Below are positions 1 through 10,197 of a stretch of DNA of 64,000 nt, piece after piece. The first letter of the stretch is position 1. Every line of letters begins with the position of its first letter. Made by a program: the position numbers and the translations under genes. The notes beneath the pieces are model-generated. The model did not search any database. It was not told the DNA's origin and saw only the letters and a list, made by a program, of their open reading frames with translations. Source of the DNA: the human T2T-CHM13v2.0 reference genome, Homo sapiens; NCBI RefSeq assembly GCF_009914755.1, contig NC_060926.1; one strand, given 5' to 3'.

Positions 1-148
1 TCCCCAGAAAACTAGACAGAAGCATTCTCAGAATCTTATTTGTGATGTGCGCCCTCAACTAACAGTGTTGAAGCTTTCTTTTGATAGAGCAGTTTTGAAA
101 CACACTTTTCGTAAAATCTGCAAGAGGATATTTTGATAGCTTTGAGGA

Positions 149-165
149 TTTCGTTGGAAACGGGA
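149..165 (+). promoter_or_regulatory. CENP-B box in monomer P (representative; boxes recur every ~340 bp, roughly 188 in the window)
   Basis: TTTCGTTGGAAACGGGA matches the consensus YTTCGTTGGAARCGGGA exactly. Confidence 0.97.
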
Positions 166-490
166 TTGTCTTCATATAAACTCTAGACAGAAGCATTCTC
201 AGAAGCTTCATTGGGATGTTTCAATTGAAGTCACAGTGTTGAACAGTCCCTTTCATAGAGCAGGTTTGAAACACTCTTTTTGTAGTATCTGGAAGTGGAC
301 ATTTGGAGAGATCTCAGGAATACGGTGATAAAGGAAATATCTTCCAATAAAAGCTAGATAGAAGCAATGTCAGAAACTTTTTCATGATGTATCTACTCAG
401 CTAACAGAGTTGAACCTTTCTTTTGAGAGAGCAGTTTTGAAACACTCTTTTTGTGGAATCTGCAAGTGGATATTTGTCTAGCTTTGAGGA

Positions 491-507
491 TTTCGTTGGA
501 AACGGGA
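491..507 (+). promoter_or_regulatory. CENP-B box in monomer R (representative)
   Basis: TTTCGTTGGAAACGGGA, 342 bp after the P box and 338 bp before the next box. Confidence 0.97.
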
Positions 508-657
508 TTACATATAAAAAGCAGACAGCAGCATTCCCAGAAACTTCTTTGTGATGTTTGCATTCAAGTCACAGAGTTGAACATTCCCTTTCATAGAGCA
601 GGTTTGAAACACTCTTTTTGTAGTATCTGGATGTGGACATTTGGAGCGCTTTCAGGC

Positions 658-674
658 CTATGGTGAAAAAGGAA
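658..674 (-). promoter_or_regulatory. pJ-alpha (A-box) motif in monomer S (representative)
   Basis: CTATGGTGAAAAAGGAA is the reverse complement of TTCCTTTTYCACCRTAG and sits at the position homologous to the CENP-B box. Confidence 0.85.
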
Positions 675-1207
675 ATATCTTCCCCTGAAAACTAGACAGA
701 AGCATTCTCAGAAACTTATTTGTGATGTGCGCCCTGAACTAACAGTGTTGAAGCTTTCTTTTGATAGAGCAGTTTTGAAACACTCTTTTTGTAATATCTG
801 CAAGAGGATATTTGGATAGCTTTGAGGATTTCGTTGGAAACGGGATTGTCTTCATATAAACTCTAGACAGAAGCATTCTGAGAAGCTTCATTGGGATGTT
901 TCAATTGAAGTCACAGTGTTGAACAGTTCCTTTCATAGAACAGGTTTGAAACACTCTTTTTGTAGTATCTGGAAGTGGACATTTGGAGCGCTCTCAGGAC
1001 TGCGGTGAAAAAGGAAATATCTTCCAATAAAAGCTACATAGAAGCAATGTCAGAAACTTTTTCATGATGTATCTACTCAGCTAACAGAGTTGAACCTTTC
1101 CTTTCAGAGAGCAGTTTTGAAACACTCTTTTTGTGGAATCTGCAAGTGGATATTTGTCTAGCTTTGAGGATTTCGTTGGAAACGGGATTACATATAAAAA
1201 GCAGACA

Positions 1208-1715
1208 GCAGCATTCCCAGAAACTTCTTTGTGATGTTTGCATTCACGTCACAGAGTTGAACATTCCCTTTCATAGAGCAGGTTTGAAACACTCTTTTTG
1301 TAGTATCTGGATGTGGACATTTGGAGCGCTTTCAGGCCTATGGTGAAAAAGGAAATATCTTCCAATAAAAGCTACATAGAAGCAATGTCAGAAACTTTTT
1401 CATGATGTATCTACTCAGCTAACAGAGTTGAACCTTTCTTTTGAGAGAGCAGTTTTGAAACACTCTTTTTGTGGAATCTGGAAGTGGATATTTGTCTAGC
1501 TTTGAGGATTTCGTTGGAAACGGGATTACATATAAAAAGCAGACAGCAGCATTCCCAGTAACTTCTTTGTGATGTTTGCATTCAAGTCACAGAGTTGAAC
1601 ATTCCCTTTCATAGAGCAGGTTTGAAACACTCTTTTTGTAGTATCTGGATGTGGACATTTGGAGCGCTTTCAGGCCTATGGTGAAAAAGGAAATATCTTC
1701 CCCAGAAAACTAGAC
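1208..1715 (+). repeat. 6-mer HOR variant: extra R-S dimer created through an S/Q hybrid monomer (representative, ~11 copies)
   Basis: The S monomer ends in the Q-type tail TTCCAATAAAAGCTACAT and is followed directly by R, usually with the GGAATCTGGAAG variant. Seen near 1371, 10871, 19697, 26825, 36331, 46514, 49907, 53981, 57718, 58736 and 62473. Confidence 0.9.
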
Positions 1716-3750
1716 AGAAGCATTCTCAGAATCTTATTTGTGATGTGCGCCCTCAACTAACAGTGTTGAAGCTTTCTTTTGATAGAGCAGTTTTGAAACC
1801 CTCTTTTCGTAAAATCTGCAAGAGGATATTTTGATAGCTTTGAGGATTTCGTTGGAAACGGGATTGTCTTCATATAAACTCTAGACAGAAGCATTCTCAG
1901 AAGCTTCATTGGGATGTTTCAATTAAAGTCACAGTGTTGAACAGTCCCTTTCATAGAGCAGGTTAGAAACACTCTTTTTGTAGTATCTGGAAGTGGACAT
2001 TTGGAGCGCTCTCAGGACTGCGGTGAAAAAGGAAATATCTTCCAATAAAAGCTAGATAGAAGCAATGTCAGAAACTTTTTCATGATGTATCTACTCAGCT
2101 AACAGAGTTGAACCTTCCTTTGAGAGAGCAGTTTTGAAACACTCTTTTTGTGGAATCTGCAAGTGGATATTTGTCTAGCTTTGAGGATTTCGATGGAAAC
2201 GGGTTACATATAAAAAGCAGACAGCAGCATTCCCAGAAACTTCTTTGTGTTGTTTGCATTCAAGTCACAGAGTTGAACATTCCCTTTCATAGAGCAGGTT
2301 TGAAACACTCTTTTTGTAGTATCTGGATGTGGACATTTGCAGCGCTTTCAGGCCTAAGGTGAAAAAGGAAATATCTTCCCCTGAAAACTAGACAGAAGCA
2401 TTCTCAGAAACTTATTTGTGATGTGCGCCCTCAACTAACAGTGTTGAAGCTTTCTTTTGATAGAGCAGTTTTGAAACACTCTTTTTGTAAAATCTGCAAG
2501 AGGATATTTGGATAGCTTTGAGGATTTCGTTGGAAACGGGATTGTCTTCATATAAACTCTAGACAGAAGCATTCTCAGAAGCTTCATTGGGATGTTTCAA
2601 TTGAAGTCACAGTGTTGAACATTCCCTTTCATAGAGCAGGTTTGAAACACTCTTTTTGTAGTATCTGGAAGTGGACATTAGGAACGCTCTCAGGACTGCG
2701 TTGAAAAAGGAAATATCTTCCAATAAAAGCTAGATAGAAGCAATGTCAGAAAGTTTTTCATGATGTATCTACTCAGCTAACAGAGTTGAACCTTCTTTTG
2801 AGAGAGCAGTTTTGAAACACTCGTTTTGTGGAATCTGCAAGTGGATATTTTTCTAGCTTTGAGGATTTCGTTGGAAACGGGATTACATATAAAAAGCAGA
2901 CAGCAGCATTCCCAGAAACTTCTTTGTGATGTTTGCATTCAAGTCACAGAGTTGAACATTCCCTTTCATAGAGCAGGTTTGAAACACTCTTTTTGTAGTA
3001 TCTGGATGTGGACATTTGCAGCGCTTTCAGGCATAAGGTGAAAAAGGAAATATCTTCCCCTGAAAACTAGACAGAAGCATTCTCAGAAACTTATTTGTGA
3101 TGTGCGCCCTCAACTAACAGTGTTGAAGCTTTCTTTTGATAGAGCAGTTTTGAAACACTCTTTTTGTAATATCTGCAAGAGGATATTTGGATAGCTTTGA
3201 GGATTTCGTTGGAAACGGGATTGTCTTCATATAAACTCTAGACAGAAGCATTCCCAGAAGCTTCATTGGGATGTTTCAATTGAAGTCACAGTGTTGAACA
3301 GTTCCTTTCATAGAACAGGTTTGAAACACTCTTTTTGTAGTATCTGGAAGTGGACATTTGGAGCGCTCTCAGGACTGCGGTGAAAAAGGAAATATCTTCC
3401 AATAAAAGCTACATAGAAGCAATGTCAGGAACTTTTTCATGATGTATCTACTCAGCTAACAGAGTTGAACCTTCCTTTGAGAGAGCAGTTTTGAAACACT
3501 CTTTTTGTGGAATCTGCAAGTGGATATTTGTCTAGCTTTGAGGATTTCGTTGGAAACGGGTTACATATAAAAAGCAGACAGCAGCATTCCCAGAAACTTC
3601 TTTGTGTTGTTTGCATTCAAGTCACAGAGTTGAACATTCCCTTTCATAGAGCAGGTTTGAAACACTCTTTTTGTAGTATCTGGATGTGGACATTTGCAGC
3701 GCTTTCAGGCCTAAGGTGAAAAAGGAAATATCTTCCCCTGAAAACTAGAC

Positions 3751-4088
3751 AGAAGCATTCTCAGAAACTTATTTGTGATGTGCGCCCTCAACTAACAGTG
3801 TTGAAGCTTTCTTTTGATAGAGCAGTTTTGAAACACTCTTTTTGTAATATCTGCAAGAGGATATTTGGATAGCTTTGAGGATTTCGTTGGAAACGGGATT
3901 AATTATAAAAAGCAGACAGCATCATTCCCAGAATCTTGTTTGTGATGTTTGCATTCAAGTAACAGATTTGAACATTCCCTTTCAGAGAGCAGGTTTGAAA
4001 CACTCTTTTTATAGTATCTGGATGTGGACATTTGGAGCGCTTTCAGGCCTATGGTGAAAAAGGAAATATCTTCTCCTGAAAACTAGAC
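3751..4088 (+). repeat. 338 bp 2-mer variant: P/R hybrid plus S (representative, ~16 copies)
   Basis: The P body runs into GGGATTAATTATAAAAAGCAGAC, followed by an S monomer with linked SNVs CTTGTTTG, TTTCAGAG, TTTTATAG and CTTCTCCTG. It is tracked by the 60-aa M[RS]ISLETG ORFs from 3875 to 51734. Confidence 0.9.
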
Positions 4089-4767
4089 AGAAGCATTCTC
4101 AGAATCTTATTTGTGATGTGCGCCCTCAACTAACAGTGTTGAAGCTTTCTTTTGATAGAGCAGTTTTGAAACACTCTTTTCGTAAAATCTGCAAGAGGAT
4201 ATTTGGATAGCTTTGAGGATTTCGTTGGAAACGGGATTGTCTTCATATAAACTCTAGACAGAAGCATTCTCAGAAGCTTCATTGGGATGTTTCAATTGAA
4301 GTCACAGTGTTGAACAGTCCCTTTCATAGAGCAGGTTTGAAACACTCTTTTTGTAGTATCTGGAAGTGGACATTTGGAACGCTCTCAGGACTGCGTTGAA
4401 AAAGGAAATATCTTCCAATAAAAGCTAGATAGAAGCAATGTCAGAAACTTTTTCATGATGTATCTACTCAGCTAACAGAGTTGAACCTTCCTTTGAGAGA
4501 GCAGTTTTGAAACACTCTTTTTGTGGAATCTGCAAGTGGATATTTGTCTAGCTTTGAGGATTTCGTTGGAAACGGGATTACATATAAAAAGCAGACAGCA
4601 GCATTCCCAGAAACTTCTTTGTGTTGTTTGCATTCAAGTCACAGAGTTGAACATTCCCTTTCATAGAGCAGGTTTGAAACACTCTTTTTGTAGTATCTGG
4701 ATGTGGACATTTGCAGCGCTTTCAGGCCTAAGGTGAAAAAGGAAATATCTTCCCCTGAAAACTAGAC

Positions 4768-5447
4768 AGAAGCATTCTCAGAAACTTATTTGTGATGTGC
4801 GCCCTCAACTAACAGTGTTGAAGCTTTCTTTTGATAGAGCAGTTTTGAAACACTCTTTTTGTAATATCTGCAAGAGGATATTTGGATAGCTTTGAGGAAT
4901 TCGTTGGAAACGGGATTGTCTTCATATAAACTCTAGACAGAAGCATTCTGAGAAGCTTCATTGGGATGTTTCAATTGAAGTTGCAGTGTTGAACAGTCCC
5001 TTTCATAGAGCAGGTTTGAAACACTCTTTTTGTAGTATCTGGATGTGGACATTTGGAGCGCTTTCAGGCCTATGGTTTAAAAGGAAATATCTTCCCCTGA
5101 AAACTAGACAGAAGCATTCTCAGAAACTTATTTGTGATGTGCGCCCTCAACTAAGAGTGTTGAAGCATTCTTTTGATAGAGCAGTTTTGAAACACTCTTT
5201 TTGTGGAATCTGCAAGTGGATATTTGTCTAGCTTTGAGGATTTCGTTGGAAACGGGATTACATATAAAAAGCAGACAGCAGCATTCCCAGAAACTTCTTT
5301 GTGATGTTTGCATTCACGTCACAGAGTTGAACATTCCCTTTCATAGAGCAGGTTTGAAACACTCTTTTTGTAGTATCTGGATGTGGACATTTGGAGCGCT
5401 TTCAGGCCTATGGTGAAAAAGGAAATATCTTCCCCTGAAAACTAGAC
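4768..5447 (+). repeat. Length-neutral 4-mer variant P - Q/S - P/R - S (representative, 24 copies)
   Basis: The Q-end/R-start segment is replaced by S-end/P-start sequence carrying TGGTTTAAAAGG and GAAGCATTCTTT. It is tracked by the 24 81-aa MLNSPF ORFs. Confidence 0.9.
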
Positions 5448-8400
5448 AGAAGCATTCTCAGAAACTTATTTGTGATGTGCGCCCTCAACTAACAGTGTTG
5501 AAGCTTTCTTTTGATAGAGCAGTTTTGAAACACTCTTTTTGTAATATCTGCAAGAGGATATTTGTCTAGCTTTGAGGATTTCGTTGGAAACGGGATTACA
5601 TATAAAAAGCAGACAGCAGCATTCCCAGAATCTTGTTTGTGATGTTTGCATTCAAGTCACAGAGTTGAACATTCCCTTTCAGAGAGCAGGTTTGAAACAC
5701 TCTTTTTATAGTATCTGGATGTGGACATTTGGAGCGCTTTCAGGCCTATGGTGAAAAAGGAAATATCTTCTCCTGAAAACTAGACAGAAGCATTCTCAGA
5801 ATCTTATTTGTGATGTGCGCCCTCAACTAACAGTGTTGAAGCTTTCTTTTGATAGAGCAGTTTTGAAACACTCTTTTCGTAAAATCTGCAAGAGGATATT
5901 TGGATAGCTTTGAGGATTTCGTTGGAAACGGGATTGTCTTCATATAAACTCTAGACAGAAGCATTCTCAGAAGCTTCATTGGGATGTTTCAATTGAAGTC
6001 ACAGTGTTGAACAGTCCCTTTCATAGAGCAGGTTTGAAACACTCTTTTTGTAGTATCTGGAAGTGGACATTTGGAACGCTCTCAGGACTGCGTTGAAAAA
6101 GGAAATATCTTCCAATAAAAGCTAGATAGAAGCAATGTCAGAAACTTTTTCATGATGTATCTACTCAGCTAACAGAGTTGAACCTTCATTTGAGAGAGCA
6201 GTTTTGAAACACTCGTTTTGTGGAATCTGCAAGTGGATATTTGTCTAGCTTTGAGGATTTCGTTGGAAACGGGATTACATATAAAAAGCAGACAGCAGCA
6301 TTCCCAGAAACTTCTTTGTGATGTTTGCATTCAAGTCACAGAGTTGAACATTCCCTTTCATAGAGCAGGTTTGAAACACTCTTTTTGTAGTATCTGGATG
6401 TGGACATTTGCAGCGCTTTCAGGCATAAGGTGAAAAAGGAAATATCTTCCCCTGAAAACTAGACAGAAGCATTCTCAGAAACTTATTTGTGATGTGCGCC
6501 CTCAACTAACAGTGTTGAACCTTTCTTTTGATAGAGCAGTTTTGAAACACTCTTTTTGTAATATCTGCAAGAGGATATTTGGATAGCATTGAGGATTTCT
6601 TTGGAAACGGGATTGTCTTCATATAAACTCTAGACAGAAGCATTCTCAGAAGCTTCATTGGGATGTTTCAATTGAAGTCACAGTGTTGAACAGTCCCTTT
6701 CATAGAGCAGGTTTGAAACACTCTTTTTGTAGTATCTGGAAGTGGACATTTGGAGAGATCTCAGGAATACGGTGATAAAGGAAATATCTTCCAATAAAAG
6801 CTAGATAGAAGCAATGTCAGAAACTTTTTCATGATGTATCTACTCAGCTAACAGAGTTGAACCTTCCTTTGAGAGAGCAGTTTTGAAACACTCTTTTTGT
6901 GGAATCTGCAAGTGGATATTTGTCTAGCTTTGAGGATTTCGTTGGAAACGGGTTACATATAAAAAGCAGACAGCAGCATTCCCATAAACTTCTTTGTGTT
7001 GTTTGCATTCAAGTCACAGAGTTGAAGATTCCCTTTCATAGAGCAGGTTTGAAACACTCTTTTTGTAGTATCTGGATGTGGACATTTGCAGCGCTTTCAG
7101 GCCTAAGGTGAAAAAGGAAATATCTTCCCCTGAAAACTAGACAGAAGCATTCTCAGAAACTTATTTGTGATGTGCGCCCTCAACTAACAGTGTTGAAGCT
7201 TTCTTTTGATAGAGCAGTTTTGAAACACTCTTTTTGTAATATCTGCAAGAGGATATTTGGATAGCTTTGAGGATTTCGTTGGAAACGGGATTGTCTTCAT
7301 ATAAACTCTAGACAGAAGCATTCTCAGAAGCTTCATTGGGATGTTTCAATTGAAGTTACAGTGTTGAACAGTCCCTTTCATAGAGCAGGTTTGAAACACT
7401 CTTTTTGTAGTATCTGGATGTGGACATTTGGAGCGCTTTCAGGCCTATGGTTTAAAAGGAAATATCTTCCCCTGAAAACTAGACAGAAGCATTCTCAGAA
7501 ACTTATTTGTGATGTGCGCCCTCAACTAACAGTGTTGAAGCATTCTTTTGATAGAGCAGTTTTGAAACACTCTTTTTGTGGAATCTGCAAGTGGATATTT
7601 GTCTAGCTTTGAGGATTTCGTTGGAAACGGGATTACATATAAAAAGCAGACAGCAGCATTCCCAGAAACTTCTTTGTGATGTTTGCATTCAAGTCACAGA
7701 GTTGAACATTCCCTTTTATAGAGCAGGTTTGAAACACTCTTTTTGTAGTATCTGGATGTGGACATTTGGAGCGCTTTCAGGCCTATGGTGAAAAAGGAAA
7801 TATCTTCCCCTGAAAACTAGACAGAAGCATTCTCAGAAACTTATTTGTGATGTGCGCCCTCAACTAACAGTGTTGAACCTTTCTTTTGATAGAGCAGTTT
7901 TGAAACACTCTTTTTGTAATATCTGCAAGAGGATATTTGGATAGCTTTGAGGATTTCGTTGGAAACGGGATTAATTATACAAAGCAGACAGCAGCATTCC
8001 CAGAATCTTGTTTGTGATGTTTGCATTCAAGTCACAGAGTTGAACATTCCCTTTCAGAGAGCAGGTTTGAAACACTCTTTTTATAGTATCTGGATGTGGA
8101 CATTTGGAGCGCTTTCAGGCCTATGGTGAAAAAGGAAATATCTTCTCCTGAAAACTAGACAGAAGCATTCTCAGAATCTTATTTGTGATGTGCGCCCTCA
8201 ACTAACAGTGTTGAAGCTTTCTTTTGATAGAGCAGTTTTGAAACACTCTTTTCGTAAAATCTGCAAGAGGATATTTGGATAGCTTTGAGGATTTCGTTGG
8301 AAACGGGATTGTCTTCATATAAACTCTAGACAGAAGCATTCTCAGAAGCTTCATTGGGATGTTTCAATTGAAGTCACAGTGTTGAACAGTCCCTTTCATA

Positions 8401-10197
8401 GAGCAGGTTTGAAACACTCTTTTTGTAGTATCTGGAAGTGGACATTTGGAACGCTCTCAGGACTGCGTTGAAAAAGGAAATATCTTCCAATAAAAGCTAG
8501 ATAGAAGCAATGTCAGAAACTTTTTCATGATGTATCTACTCAGCTAACAGAGTTGAACCTTCATTTGAGAGAGCAGTTTTGAAACACTCGTTTTGTGGAA
8601 TCTGCAAGTGGATAATTGTCTAGCTTTGAGGATTTCGTTGGAAACGGGATTACATATAAAAAGCAGACAGCAGCATTCCCAGAAACTTCTTTGTGATGTT
8701 TGCATTCAAGTCACAGAGTTGAACATTCCCTTTCATAGAGCAGGTTTGAAACACTCTTTTTGTAGTATCTGGATGTGGACATTTGCAGCGCTTTCAGGCA
8801 TAAGGTGAAAAAGGAAATATCTTCCCCTGAAAACTAGACAGAAGCATTCTCAGAAACTTATTTGTGATGTGCGCCCTCAACTAACAGTGTTGAACCTTTC
8901 TTTTGATAGAGCAGTTTTGAAACACTCTTTTTGTAATATCTGCAAGAGGATATTTGGATAGCATTGAGGATTTCTTTGGAAACGGGATTGTCTTCATATA
9001 AACTCTAGACAGAAGCATTCTCAGAAGCTTCATTGGGATGTTTCAATTGAAGTCACAGTGTTGAACAGTCCCTTTCATAGAGCAGGTTTGAAACACTCTT
9101 TTTGTAGTATCTGGAAGTGGACATTTGGAGAGATCTCAGGAATACGGTGATAAAGGAAATATCTTCCAATAAAAGCTAGATAGAAGCAATGTCAGAAACT
9201 TTTTCATGATGTATCTACTCAGCTAACAGAGTTGAACCTTCCTTTGAGAGAGCAGTTTTGAAACACTCTTTTTGTGGAATCTGCAAGTGGATATTTGTCT
9301 AGCTTTGAGGATTTCGTTGGAAACGGGTTACATATAAAAAGCAGACAGCAGCATTCCCAGAAACTTCTTTGTGTTGTTTGCATTCAAGTCACAGAGTTGA
9401 ACATTCCCTTTCATAGAGCAGGTTTGAAACACTCTTTTTGTAGCATCTGGATGTGGACATTTGCAGCGCTTTCAGGCCTAAGGTGAAAAAGGAAATATCT
9501 TCCCCTGAAAACTAGACAGAAGCATTCTCAGAAACTTATTTGTGATGTGCGCCCTCAACTAACAGTGTTGAAGCTTTCTTTTGATAGAGCAGTTTTGAAA
9601 CACTCTTTTTGTAATATCTGCAAGAGGATATTTGGATAGCTTTGAGGATTTCGTTGGAAACGGGATTGTCTTCATATAAACTCTAGACAGAAGCATTCTC
9701 AGAAGCTTCATTGGGATGTTTCAATTGAAGTTACAGTGTTGAACAGTCCCTTTCATAGAGCAGGTTTGAAACACTCTTTTTGTAGTATCTGGATGTGGAC
9801 ATTTGGAGCGCTTTCAGGCCTATGGTTTAAAAGGAAATATCTTCCCCTGAAAACTAGACAGAAGCATTCTCAGAAACTTATTTGTGATGTGCGCCCTCAA
9901 CTAACAGTGTTGAAGCATTCTTTTGATAGAGCAGTTTTGAAACACTCTTTTTGTGGAATCTGCAAGTGGATATTTGTCTAGCTTTGAGGATTTCGTTGGA
10001 AACGGGATTACATATAAAAAGCAGACAGCAGCATTCCCAGAAACTTCTTTGTGATGTTTGCATTCACGTCACAGAGTTGAACATTCCCTTTCATAGAGCA
10101 GGTTTGAAACACTCTTTTTGTAGTATCTGGATGTGGACATTTGGAGCGCTTTCAGGCCTATGGTGAAAAAGGAAATATCTTCCCCTGAAAACTAGAC
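4768..10197 (+). repeat. Local tandem amplification of a 2375 bp (14-mer) unit, about 2.3 copies
   Basis: Unit starts at 4768, 7143 and 9518. ORF offsets are 4986/7361/9736, 6218/8593 and 6899/9274. The SNV pair GATAGCATTGAGGATTTCTTTGG is shared at ~6582 and ~8957. Confidence 0.9.

Larger units (their letters stand above)
18..697 (+). repeat. One canonical 4-mer HOR unit: P 18-188 (B-box), Q 189-359 (A-type), R 360-526 (B-box, 167 bp), S 527-697 (A-type)
   Basis: Monomer starts at AG(A/C)AGCA(T/A)T fall at 18, 189, 360, 527 and 698. The pattern repeats at +680 (698, 869, 1040, 1207). Confidence 0.95.

Noticed and set aside
200-232. Short palindromes (TTCAATTGAA, GAAGCTTC, GAGATCTC) as cruciform or terminator structures
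   Set aside because: The arms are only 4-5 bp. Such dyads are expected in alphoid DNA and are too weak to call.
345-350. AATAAA polyadenylation-like signal and TATAAA TATA-like motifs in each HOR
   Set aside because: These are ordinary parts of the AT-rich monomer consensus. The sequence alone gives no evidence of function, although alpha-satellite transcription is known in general.
2188-2204. TTTCGATGGAAACGGGT as a disrupted CENP-B box
   Set aside because: The changes fall at non-essential positions of NTTCGNNNNANNCGGGN, so I counted it as intact.
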